Source: the human T2T-CHM13v2.0 reference genome, Homo sapiens. Taken from it: a stretch of 64,000 nt of DNA. The translations under genes were made by a program, and so were the position numbers. The stretch is from NCBI RefSeq assembly GCF_009914755.1, contig NC_060925.1; one strand, 5' to 3'. Positions 25,953 to 38,235 of this stretch are shown here, piece by piece. The notes beneath the pieces are model-generated. The model ran no database searches. It saw only the letters and a list, made by a program, of their open reading frames with translations, and had not been told where the DNA came from. How positions within the stretch are numbered: the stretch's first letter is position 1; every line of letters begins with the position of its first letter.

Positions 25953-27516
25953 TTTCTTCACAGAATTGGAAAAAAACTACTTTAAAGTTCATATGGAACC
26001 AAAAAAGAGCTCACATTGCCAAGACAATCCTAAGCAAAAAGAACAAAGCTGGAGGCTTCATGCTACCTGACTTCAAACTATACTAAAAGGCTACAGTAAC
26101 CAAAACAGCATGGTACTGGTACCAAAGCAGAGCTATAGACCAATGGAACAGAACAGAGGCCTCAGAAATAACACCACACATCTACAACTATCTGATCTTT
26201 GACAAACCTGACAAAAACAAGAAATGGGGAAAGGATTCCCTATTTAATAAACGGTGCTGGGAAAACTGGTTAGCTATATGTAGAAAGCTGAAATTGCATC
26301 CCTTCCTTACACCTTATACAAAAATTAATTTGAGATGGATTAAAGACTTCAATGTCAGACCTAAAACCATAAAAACCCTAGAAGAAAACCTTGGCAATAC
26401 CATTCAGGACATAGGCATGGGCAAGGACTTCATGACTAAAACACCAAAAGCAATGGCAACAAAAGCCAAAATTGACAAATGGGATCTAATTAAACTAAAG
26501 ACCTTCTGCACAGCAAAAGAAACTACCATCAGAGTGAACAGCCAACCTACAGAATGGGAGAAAATTTTTGCAACCTACCCATCTGACAAAGGGCTAATAT
26601 CCAGAATCTACAAAGAACTTAAACAAATTTACAAGAAAAAAAAATCAAATAACCCCATCAAAAAGTGGGCGAAGGATATGAACAGACACTTCTCAAAAGA
26701 AGACATTTATGCAGCCACCAGACACATGAACAAATGCTCATCATCACTGGTCATCAGAGAAATGCAAATCACAACCACAATGAGATATCATCTCACACAA
26801 GTTAGAATGGCAATCATAAAAAGTCAGGAAACAACAGGTACTGGAGAGGATGTAGAGAAATAGGAACACTTTTGCACTGTTGGTGGGAGTGTAAACTAGT
26901 TCAACCATTGTGGAAGACAGTGTAGCGATTCCTCAAGGATCTAGAACTAGAAATACCATTTGACCTAGGGATACCATTACTGGGTATATACCCAAAGAAT
27001 TATAAATCATGCTACTATAAAGACACATGCACACGTATGTTTATTGTGGCACTATTCACAATAGCAAAGACTTGGAACCAACCCAAATGTCCATCAGTGA
27101 TGGACTGGATTAAGAAAATGTGGCACATATACACCATGGAATACTATGCAGCCCTAAAAAGGATGAGTTCATGTCCTTTGTAGGGACATGGATGAAGCTG
27201 GAAACCATCATTTTGAGCAAACTATTGCAAGAACAGAAAACCAAACACCGCATGTTCTCACTCATAGGTGGGAATTGAACAATGAGAACACTTGGACACA
27301 GGGCAGGGAACATCACACACCAGGGCCTGTTGTGGGGTGGGGGGTGGGGAGGGATAGCATTAAGAGAAATAACTAATGTAAATGACAAGTTAATGGGTGT
27401 AGCACACCAACATGGCACATGTATACATATGTAACCAACCAACACATTGTGCACATGTGCCCTGGAACTTAAAGTATAATTTAAAAAAATAAAATAAATA
27501 AAAATAAAAATAAATA
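25953..27516 (+). mobile_element. L1PA (PA5-7-like), 5'-truncated, ORF2 3' part plus 3' UTR
   Basis: Starts taccaatgactttcttcacagaattgg. ORF 26294-26863 is L1 ORF2p ([20 protein letters not shown]), with a premature stop near 26085 and a frameshift near 26815. G-rich 3' UTR and A-rich tail. Confidence 0.97.
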
Positions 27517-27538
27517 CCATTGTTATCAAGAAAAAAAC

Positions 27539-27674
27539 ACACAAAAGTAATGAATGTCTGTTGTAACAATATAAAGAGTACAGTAAACTATCCAGTACAA
27601 AATTAGCTATCTTTCCTTCTTCCTATATGTATACACACATACATTTATATATTTGTATTTACATATATGTATAT
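27539..27674 (+). repeat. 136-bp direct repeat, copy 2 (right flank of L1PA); continues as antisense L1ME-like sequence to ~27815
   Basis: See copy 1. Downstream gggtcatactaaacattgttttacaac...ggctgcatagtact is L1ME-like. Confidence 0.95.
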
Positions 27675-28316
27675 ACATGTATATTTTGTTACAAAAGTTG
27701 GGTCATACTAAACATTGTTTTACAACTTATTTTTTCCTTTAAAGAAAATCATGAATATCTTTCCTAATCAACGCATATGAAGACACCTAATTCTTTAAAA
27801 GGCTGCATAGTACTATACTTCTAAATTCTTTATGCACATCTCTGCGTGGTTATTCCACTAGCTAATCACACTCAACAAACAAAACCCCAAGTTATAATTT
27901 TCATTCTAAACTGTTGCATATCTCTAAACTGTATTATATATTTAGTTAATAGTATCACTATCCTTTGATGTATGTAACTTGAAAATGAGCATTAAAATTT
28001 TCCCTAAGTCATGAGCATGAATTTCTCTATTAGAAATGTTCCCTTGGGTGTGCCACAGACGCTTCAGGCTCTGCATTTCCCAAATTGGGTCTTCATTTGG
28101 TGGCACCACTCTCAGCCTAGTAGTTCAAGCCAAAAATCTGGAAATCAGCTGTTTCACATTCCATGTCCCTGAGTGTATCCAGTTTTGCCACCTATCTCTT
28201 GGTTTTGTTCTATCCACTCTGTGACACCCCTAGCTGTTTGATAGGGTCAGATATTAATTCATCTTTTGATATTTAGCACCTACCAAACTTCTGGCACAAA
28301 GTAAGTGCTCCATAAA

Positions 28317-28587
28317 TTTTTTTTTTCTTTTTTTTTTTTTATTATACTTTAAGTTCTAGGGTACATGTGCACATTGTGCAGGTTAGTTACATATGTATAC
28401 ATGTGCCATGCTGGTGCGCTGCACCCACTAACTCGTCATCTAGCATTAGGTATATCTCCCAATGCTATCCCTCCCCCCTCCCCCCACCCCACCACAGTCC
28501 CCAGAGTGTGATATTCCCCTTCCTGTGTCCATGTGATCTCATTGTTCAATTCCCACCTATGAGTGAGAATATGCGGTGTTTGGTTTT
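28317..28587 (-). mobile_element. Young L1 (L1PA2-like) 3' end, ~270 bp
   Basis: Long T-tail; cacattgtgcaggttagttac, ggtgcgctgcacccactaactcgtcatctagc (GAG rather than Ta-type ACA), gtgtgatattcccc, gagaatatgcgg; CpGs retained. Confidence 0.92.
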
Positions 28588-28946
28588 ATTGTGATAAATT
28601 GCACAGCATTTTTATTCCTTTGTCTTCCTCAGCAGCTATATCCAACCAGCTAACATCTCTTTACAATGCTACCTCCTCAATAGTAGTATTTCTCTTTTAT
28701 TTCTTTTCCTCTCCACCACTGTTAGCATAATACAAGAGCTTATTCTCTTTTATTTATGCATCCAGTGGTATTTGTGAAATATGTGTGATTTGGGGGATAT
28801 AAAGTTGTGGGAAACATGTCACCTGGCCTGGAGAAGCCCATGATGATTCACTGAGGGGACAGATAGACAAACAATCATTCAAGTAACTTCACTGATTTTC
28901 CATCCCATGGTTTTCCCCTAATCTTAGGACTCCTTCACAGCACGCT

Positions 28947-29063
28947 TAGACAAGGGTCTTAACATGTTGCCCAAGCTGGTCTTAAACTCCTGGGCTTGCA
29001 TGATCCTCCCGCCTCAGCCTTTTGAATAGCTGGGATTACAGGCATGTGCCTCTATGCCTAGCT
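28947..29063 (-). mobile_element. FLAM/Alu monomer
   Basis: gttgcccaagctggtcttaaactcctggg...gctgggattacaggcatg. Confidence 0.85.
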
Positions 29064-30544
29064 TCCCTCAGAGAGTAATCTTCATGTGATCACATTTTTT
29101 TTTTTTTTTTTGCTCAAAATCCTATAGCTTCCTATTTATTGCAGAAAAAAACTCACCATTTAGACTGGCAGTCAGGACTCTATGCCTTTTATATCCTATT
29201 TCTCCGCTTTCCCTTCCTCCTCTACTTCCTGATTTCTTGCCCATTTGTCAAAGATTAATTAAGATAATACCTTTTTCATGAAGTCTTCCAGGATCCTTCT
29301 AGGAATAATAAGCCTGTCACTTCTTTTGTGACAACATTAATGTGCATCCTGCTTTTGTTATAATTATTTATGTATGTATCTATCTTCATTATAAATTGGG
29401 ACAAGAAAAGGATTTGAGAGGGTTTTTTTTTGACATCACAAAATGAGTACTAACAGAGATATAGGGGGCTTTGAATTTGAAGCTCATGTGTTATTCCATG
29501 TAAAGGTTATTCTATTTTTATATTATATAGTTCTCAATGACATTTCTGTCTATGAGCTTTATACAATCAAACACCATGATGGTAAAATTTATTTTATTTA
29601 TAAAGAATATGATTATTTTACAAAATAACTTCTCACCAAATATAACTTAATTCTTTAGAAAGGATTTTATTGCCTAGAGCCACAGTGGAATTACATAGCA
29701 ACGAGCCTTCATTAATGAAGAGTAATTATTTTACTGTGGTAATCTCAAATGCAAAGTAGTGCTACAATTGGTATATATATTATACTTGCCAAATGAATTA
29801 ATACTGCTTACCCTTTTGATTAAAAGATCAAAGACTTTTTAATCAGGTCTTTGCACATTTTGCATATAATCTCCTGAATCCAGTAATAAGTGATAACAAA
29901 CCTATCATTTATGTAAATGTTCAGAAGCTTGACAATAAAGTAATGAAACTTGAATTTGCTCTTATGGAAGAATGAGGAGTCCAAATATGTAATCTTTGCA
30001 TACACATGCAAGGTAGGATAATTTATTTTTCTCCCCAGTTGAGAGCCCTTTACTGATGTAAAAGTGATTTTATGTTGCTTTTAGATCTTTATTTGATACA
30101 TTGGGCTGGAGGGCAGATTACTGGAAAGAGCTGTGGTGAAATGCAAGCAGAAACATGGGCAGCCACGGAAGAACTGCATAATAGAGATTAGTTTTCCATG
30201 TATATTACAGTTAAAATTAAATAGTATTTATCTGAATATACTATATTTCTTAGTGTTAGAATTAAATTTTCTTATAAGATACATATTTTATTAAAATATT
30301 TTATTTCTACATTTTATTGAGACGCAATTTGGCTGTTGTAGGAAAAGGAGCATGGATTTTAGAGTCAGATAATCAAATGTGGCTTTGGGCAAGGTACTTA
30401 TATTCACTTTACTTCAGCTTCTTCATTTATAAATCTTTAAAGGATTGTTGTGAGGATTAAATCAGATAAAATATGTAAAGCATCTAGCACAACTCTTGGC
30501 AGCATTCCTTTTCTCTTTCTATATGTTATATATATATATAAATT

Positions 30545-31050
30545 TTATTTGAAGGTAAGTAGCCTCTAGCCCTTATATTCTTGAATGCATATATTCTTAG
30601 AAATTGGGATGTTCTCTTACACGAACATGGCAGTTATATGCTTCTGTAAATTTGATCTTCATGTAATACTTTAATCTACCATTTGTATTCCAATTTTTTT
30701 ATTTTGTAAAGACTAGGTCTCACTACGTTGCCTAGTTAGTCTTGAACTCCTGGACTCAAGAGATCCTCCTGCCTTGGCCTCTCAAAGGGCTGGGATTACA
30801 GGCATGAGCCACTGCACTCGGTCTGTATTCCAGTTTTGTCAATTGATCCAATAATGTTCTTTATAGCACTTTTTCCTCTCCAGCACAGATTCCAGCCTAA
30901 GGTCATAAAATTGTATTTAATTGTCATGTTTCTTTAGTCTCTTGTAATCTATAGCTTTTCTACCATTTTGTCTTTCAAAACATTAATATTTTTGAAGAAT
31001 ATAACTTCCCTCCACCCTTTCATAGAATGTGCCTCATTTACATGTTTTAT
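30545..31050 (-). mobile_element. L1MC4/5-like 3' fragment interrupted by FLAM
   Basis: ccaataatgttctttatagc, ttaattgtcatgtttctttagtctc. Confidence 0.65.
30692..30824 (-). mobile_element. FLAM_C-like Alu monomer
   Basis: Monomer with TSD tgtattcca(a/g)tttt. Confidence 0.9.
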
Positions 31051-31164
31051 TTCACAGATGTAAATTTCATGCCTCAAAGATCTTATCTACTCCGATTATA
31101 AAAAATATTCAATTTTTTTTCTAGTTCTTGTAATAGTGCATTTTGAAAGATCTTTGATTCATTA

Positions 31165-31682
31165 ACTGATGATCAATAAACAAAATGCGGTATCTTTGTA
31201 TAAAAGAATATTATTCAGCCACAAAAAGGAATGAGGTACTGATACGTACTGTAACATGGGTGAACACTGAAAACGTTATGCTAAGTGAAAAAAGGCAAAC
31301 AAAACACACAAGTGATGAGTCTCTGTTATAACAATACAAAGAATACAGTGACTATTCCGTAAAACATTAGCTAGCTTTCCCTCTTCCCACATGTATACAC
31401 ACATACATTTATACATTTGTATAATATGTATACAAAAATATATAAGGCACATATTATGTGATTCCATTTATATGACATATACAGAGTAGGTAAATCCATA
31501 CAGACAGAAAGCAGATAAGTCATTGCCAGAGGCTGTTGGGAGGGGAGTGACTGCTTATTCGGTATGGAGTTTCTCTTTGGGATGATGAAAAGTTTCTGGT
31601 TGTGATGATTATACAACACAGTAAACTGTATACCTTAAAATGCTAAGTATTATGTTATGTCTATTTAATCACACTGTATAAA
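31165..31682 (+). mobile_element. L1MB-like 3' UTR interrupted by a ~130-bp foreign insert
   Basis: aaacaaaatgcggtat...atgctaagtgaaa [insert] aaggcacatattatgtgattccatttatatg...cagacagaaagcagat. Confidence 0.85.
31301..31422 (+). repeat. Third, more diverged copy of the 136-bp segment
   Basis: Collinear with 25783-25918: taacaatacaaaga, tacagtga, attagct, ctttcc, tcttccca, atgtatacacacatacatttata, tttgtat. Confidence 0.9.
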
Positions 31683-32111
31683 GAATCCTTGGTCCATTTA
31701 CAATTAGTTGAAGAAATCAGGTAGGAATGAGCTTTCAGTTGTTTTTTTTTACCAGCTGACTATTCTATCACCCCACTGTCTAAATGATTAACCTGTTTTG
31801 ACCTACTTATTTGAAATGTCTCTTTTAATAATATTATATGTTCTTATATTCACTTGAATCTTTCTCTAGACATTCTTTTCTAGCCCAGAGTTCCATCTGC
31901 CTCTCCCTATTCCAACACCATATTCCAACACCATACCATTTTATGCAAGGTAGGTTTATATCATACTTTGACATTTTGTAGGGCCAGTTTCCCTGATCAA
32001 TTCTTCACTCCCAGAACTCTTCCTCTTCAGAATTTTCCTGGAAATTCTTCTATGTTTATTATACAAGATAAATATTATAATCTCTTATTCAAGTTCCTTG
32101 TTAAGGCTTTT

Positions 32112-32975
32112 TATTTTTTTTACACAGACTTTATTTTTTAGAGTAGCTTTAGGTTCATAGCAAAACTGAGCAGAAGGTACAGAGATTTCCTATATATCCC
32201 CTGCCCTGCACATGTACGGTTTCCTCCATTATCAAGAGCCAGCACCACAGTGACACATTTCTTACAATCAATGAACCTACACTGACACATCATTATCACC
32301 AGGTATTTATTGTTTATGTTATGTTAGGGCTCACTTTTGGTGCTGTACATTCTGTGGATTTGGACAAATGTAAAATGACATGTATCCGGCATTGTCTTAT
32401 CACACGAAACAGTTTAACAGCCCTAAAATTATCTGTGCTCTGCCTATTCATTTCTCCCTGACCTCGAATCCCTGGCAGCTACTGATCTTTTTACTGTCTC
32501 CACAGTTTTGCCTTTTCTAGAATATCACATAGTTGGAATCAGACACTGAGGAATCTTTTCAGACTGACTTCTTTCACTTGGTAATATGCATTTAAGTTTC
32601 CTCTATTTCCTTTCCTTGATCACTCATTTCTTTTTAATACTGAAATATTCCATGGTCTGGATGTACCACAATTTATTTATCTATTAACCTAATGAAGGAC
32701 ATCTTGGTTGCTTGCAAGCCTTGGCAATTATTAATAAAGCTGTTGTAAATATTTGTGTGTGGGTTTTTGTGTGGACATAAGTTTTCAATTCATTCATTTG
32801 AGGACCACGATTGCTGGATTGTATGGTTAGGAGTATGTTTAATTTTGTAAGAAATTGCCAAACTGTCTTCCAAAGTGGCTGTGCCATTTTGTATGAATGA
32901 GAGTTCCTGTTACTCCACATTCTTGCCAGCATTGGTGGTGTCAGTGTTTGGGTTCTGGCTATTCTAATAAGATGT
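32112..32975 (-). mobile_element. L1MC1-like 3' region
   Basis: gagcagaaggtacagagatttcc...ggacatcttggttgctt...aattgccaaactgtcttccaaagtggctg; ORF 32684-33004 is an ORF2 C-terminal remnant (QPLWKTVWQFLTKL). Confidence 0.9.
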
Positions 32976-35929
32976 GTAATGGGCCATTGAAACCTTGATT
33001 TCAAAATTTATCATCTAATTTGAGGTTAGCTCTCCATTATCCAAATCTTCTTTTATGTCTTTTAGTGGAGATTTGTAGTTTTTTCCAGTAAGTCCTGAAT
33101 ATGTTTCTGAAATTTTTTATATATGTATGCTATTATCAATGACACATTTTATTTCACATTTTCAAACTAATTTTGTGTCTGAGAATCACTGATTTTTATA
33201 TATTTCTTTTGTACTAATTGCCTTATTGAACTCTACTTACAGATGATGTGATATATCCTTCTTCCAAGTTCGTATCTCTTATCTATATGCATTCTTGAGT
33301 ACTTCTCATTCTACACACTCTTCTTCCATTTGTCAAGAATCCTTCTTTTTAGCTGTGATCCTCAAACCTATTTTGCATTCCAGACTTCTCTCCAGAACTT
33401 GAGACTCATGTATTCTTTTATTATTCCTCCAGCAAATATTTGCTGGGCCCTGGCTGTGTACTAGACCCTGTTCTAGATATATCTCTTGGGAGAGAAAAAC
33501 AACTAACTCCTAACAAATAAAGTTCTACTTAGAATAGCACTGCTCCTTTGTTATTATGATGGTAAGTTTTGAAAGATAAAACATTAGATAACAGAGAACT
33601 TACAGTTTTTCAAATAGTTTGTATTTATAAAAATATGCCAAAATGACATTGAACCATTATCTTGCAATGCGTTTTGATGTCCCTATCACTCTTTTGATCT
33701 TAGAAACGTATTTTTACATGTTTCAATTTTACATCATGGTAAGGAACTTCAAAATGTAAGGTTGTCTTACCAAAAGAATATATGGTGTTAACTGTCATGA
33801 AGATTTAAACCAGTGATCCCAAATAAATGTGTTAAATCCTTTACTTGCATGGTTAACCAAGCAGATTTTAAGTTGAAGATTAAAATTTATTTTTTACATT
33901 TTTCCATTGGCTTGCTTTGATGAGTCATCTAAAGTCAGATTAGCTCATCTTCATACCTCTGTCAGAATATTATAGAACTAGTATAATTACTGAGAAAAAA
34001 AAGTGTGCAGGAAGCTGATTATAAGCTACTATGGTTATTCTGTAAGAAAAGAAAGTCAGAAAACTAAGATTTAGGATCCAGATCTATAGGGAATAGTTAG
34101 GTGATTTGGAAGAAGTTATAGCTCTTTTCTTTAGCTATAAGATGAGATTAAGTATATAGTAAGTACTTGCTCCTCTACTGCAGAGGAAGGTTAAAAGAAT
34201 AAATAAAATAATACATGAAGACCTTATGATCTCCTTGTTATTGATGAATCCTAGGAAAGGTCACCTAGTTAAGCCTTCTTTTCAGTGCAAAGAATCCCAT
34301 CTGTTGTCTCCCTAACAAGTAGATAGATAGCAGGGCTCTCCTTGTGTATTACAGAAATCAAAGGTTATAAAGTCTTCTATCTAAAAAAAGGATGGTTATT
34401 AATATAAATCACTTTAACATATCCTCTAGAGGCTAGGGCTAAAATGAGGAAAATCATCTTGAGTATCAGTATTTCTTTATAAAAAATATTCTAAGGGCGC
34501 ATGGAATTATCTCATGTAAGACTGTCTGGAGACAATGCCAAGTGATATGGAAAATGTAAGTAACATAATAGATGTAAACCTGGTTCTATCCACTGTACAC
34601 TTAGAAGGGTTTCATTTCCACAAAAAGAAAGAGCTTTGATGTATTAATATTTAAAATTTGGGATAATTATGGGTTATGTTTAACAAATGTAACATTTTCT
34701 ACTCCAGTGTAACTCATTAAATATAAAATGTAGTAAGATTCTGAAAGCAAAATATTTGCTATCAGTGTAAGTAAAATGTGCTGAAGTTTTTGCTTTGTAT
34801 TCCCAAAGTGAAAAAACAAAACAAAGCCACATTTAAAGTAGTCACAAAAAAAGTGCTTAAAGTAACAAAAACATTAATAATGGCCCAGCTAATCTATTAT
34901 CTATCAACCACTTCTATCAGTTAAATGAGAGCACGGAACATATACTATTTTCATTATAAAAACAATTGAATAAAAACTGGAAAGCATGACATACATAGGT
35001 AAAGCTGTAGAAAAACTTCCTTTTTCTGTTTTCAACATCACTATCATCATTCCTCCTACGATAAATAAGCAGCACATTTAACTGTAATGAATTTTCATTG
35101 TCTGTCTCCCACAACTAAATTGGCAAACAAAAGACTCACATACAATTCTCTTATTTTCCTTCCTCTACAAAAAATTTCAAATACAATCAGTTATTACCAA
35201 ATACATCCTAAAATACTGTTTTCTTAAAATTATGCACATTTTCTTTATAGTATTTACTAAAAACAATTCTGTGTTTTTAGGAAAAAAGTAATGAAGCTTT
35301 ATTGCTTCTTAAAATGGTTTCAGAGAAACTCTTGAATGTTCCTTTACTATCTTTTTCTTTTCAAATGAAGTACATCCTGTCTGAAGCAGAATTACTAACA
35401 AACTAAAAGCAAGCACTTCAGGGTAACTGGATTAAAAAATATATTACATTTTAAAAAGTAGCTCTGAACATACCAGAGGAAAGTCTTTGGTGTAATAATA
35501 GAAAAAAAACCCTTTGAGGGCTGTGGTAAGCCACAGTCGTTTTTAAATACCTGTTAAACAGAAAGAGTGGCTCATACTAGTGGTCAGCGTGTGAGAAATT
35601 CAAAATGCTCAGGGTTTCAAGAATCAAATCTCAGAATTGGCGATCACAGGTATTTTTCTCTACATGGTAACTCAATTTATAGAATATTACAGTTTGTGCT
35701 AAAAGGAATGTACTTTCTGATAACTTTAACAAAATTATGAATCTATGCTTTATACTTTGGCAGAAGCAATAGGGAACTTACATTGAACAAGGTTTGCGTC
35801 TCTTGGTGTTATTTCCCTAAAAGTGAGACGACACAGGGACCATTATTATCAAGGAGGGGACAGAGTAGAACCCTGACACCATATGTCGCCCACACCCGAA
35901 AACATGGATAACAGTGATGCTTTACCTTT

Positions 35930-36440
35930 CTCTTCTCCTTCATTCCCCACATCCAGATATTCACCGCTCTGCAAATGATGCCTATTCAGTATCTCTTGAG
36001 TGTATCCACTTTTCTTTCTCCCTGTCTCTCTAACATAAATTAGGCCACCATTGCATCTCACCTGAAATTTTGTAATAGCCTCCTGACCGCAGCCACTCTG
36101 GCCTCATCCAGTTCATTCTCCTTGTGGCAAAGTGATTTTTCTAAACTGCAAATCTCCCTCATGTAAAACTCTTCAATAATTTGCAGCTGCTGTCATGAAG
36201 TCCATTCTTCCTTATGTGGCTTATAAGGCCCTCCAAGATCTCAACCTCCCTCAACAAATACCACACACCAGACTCACTCGTTTACCCTCTTATTTACTGA
36301 AACTTCAATTCCTTGAATAAGTGATGTTCTTACCTCTGAGTTTTTGCACATTTCCCTCTTGCCTCCCCAGCGTCATCTCAGCATCTCCTCACTGGAGCAT
36401 CACTCCACATAGGTCCTGAATGCATTAGATGTGTTCCGTC
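35930..36440 (+). mobile_element. L2 fragment
   Basis: ggccaccattgcatctcacctg...taatagcctcctgac...gtgatttttctaaactgcaaatct...ataaggccctcc. Confidence 0.65.
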
Positions 36441-36619
36441 TTGGGGCTAATTGTATCTTCTCTAACTCAAATGCGCCCCCCCAACCCCAGTTATGAAGTA
36501 TAGCTATACTTCATTACTTTGACTCCAACATGTTACTCTCAACAGCTGTATGGAAAAACCTAAATGAGGAAGAACATACACTTTAATCCTATCCTGAAAA
36601 CAGATTAAAAATTTTGAAC

Positions 36620-37356
36620 TTTTTTTTATTATACTTTAAGTTTTAGGGTACATGTGCACAACGTGCAGGTTTGTTACATATGTATACATGTGCCATGCTG
36701 GTGTGCTGCACCCATTAACTCGTCATTTACTTTAAGTATATCTCCTAATGCTATCCCTCCCCCCTCCCCCCACCCCACAACAGGCCCCGGTGTGTGATGT
36801 TTCCCTTCTTGTGTCCATGTGTTCTCTTTGTTCAATTCCCACCTATGAGTGAGAACATGCGGAGTTTGGTATTTGGTTTTTTGTCCTTGCAATAGTTTGC
36901 TCAGAATGATGGTTTCCAGCTTCATCCATGTCCCAACAAAGGGCATGAACTCATCCTTTTTTACGGCTGCATAGTATTCCATGGTGTATATGTGCCACAT
37001 TTTCTTAATCCAGTCTATCATTGATGGACATTTGGGTTGGTTCCAAGTCTTTACTATTGTGAATAGTGCCACAATAAACATACGTGTGCATGTGTCTTTA
37101 TAGTAGCATGTTTTATAATCCTTTGGATATATACCCAGTAATGGGATTGCTGGGTCAAATGGTACTTCTAGTTCTAGATCCCTGAGGAATCGCCACACTG
37201 ACTTCCACAATGGTTGAACTAGTTTACAGTCCCACCAACAGTGTAAAAGTGTTCCTATTTCTCCACATCCTCTCCAGCACCTGTTGTTTCCTGACTTTTT
37301 AATGATCACCATTCTAACTGGTGTGAGATGGTATCTCATTGTGGTTGTGATTTGCA
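36620..37356 (-). mobile_element. L1PA (PA4/5-like) 5'-truncated element
   Basis: ORF2p C-terminal Cys-rich domain ([19 protein letters not shown]) plus 3' UTR; TSD aaaaattttgaactt / aaaaaatttgaactt. Confidence 0.96.
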
Positions 37357-37659
37357 AAAAATTTGAACTTCTAAGAAACTGTAGTGGAGAACTAATAAAC
37401 AGACTACTAGAAACGAGACAATAGAGAGACTCTTTTTTCAGTAGCATTGAGAAAACTAAGGGGCTGAGCCAGAACGCAGACAGGTTTTTCAGGTAGTGCT
37501 AATAGTTGCAAAACAATTCCAAATAATGAATTGCTTATACTACACTATAATAACTTGCTCATGTTCACTGAGCTGGGGATGTTCCCAGACCAGTGGAAGG
37601 AGCAGAGGTGTTCTTAACCAACTGGGAAGTCTGCACAGTAATAGCCCCCAATGCTTAGC

Positions 37660-38235
37660 TTCTACTCTGTCATGTTCCCCTGAGTTATCTCCAGACCTGT
37701 ATTTCTAGTCATGGGTTGCATGTTGCATAGTACTTCTTGGGTGGGGGGGTCCCACAAGCACCTCAAAAACAACCTGTGTAGAACAGAATTTGTCATCTTT
37801 GCCACAAGACCTTTTCCTATTTTCCCTCTCCTAGTTATGGCACCACCATCCACAAACAACCAAGCAAGAAACCGAGATATTCATTATACCTTCCATCTTA
37901 CCATCCGCATCCAACCTTTTACCCTCTCCTCTTGACGTGACTTTTAAAATTTCTCAAATCCATTTACTTCTCTTCATCCTCACTGCCTCTACTTTTACGT
38001 GAAAGCTACACTTGTCTCTGAGCAATAACAGGTCCTAACTGTAACAGGTCCTAACAATAACAGGTCCTAACTGGTTTCCCTTCAATCTTACCTCACCCTC
38101 ATTCATTCGCCATACTGCAGCCAGGGTGATATTTCCAAAGTTCAATTACGTTACTACTCCTGTTTAAGACCTACAGTGATTGCCTATTACCCTCAGGATA
38201 AAGCAGTTGGTGAATATTTGCAGAGTGAATGAACA
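37660..38235 (+). mobile_element. L2 fragment
   Basis: tctccagacctgtatttctag...cacaagcacctcaaaaacaacctgt...actgcagccagggtgat. Confidence 0.7.
38026..38071. repeat. 16-bp period tandem repeat, 3 copies of taacaggtcctaac
   Basis: Copies start at 38026, 38042 and 38058. Confidence 0.95.

Noticed and set aside
26294-26863. 189-aa ORF
   Set aside because: L1 ORF2p remnant in a 5'-truncated copy with an upstream stop and a frameshift
38026-38071. CRISPR-like repeat
   Set aside because: Spacers are 2 bp, eukaryotic context, no cas genes
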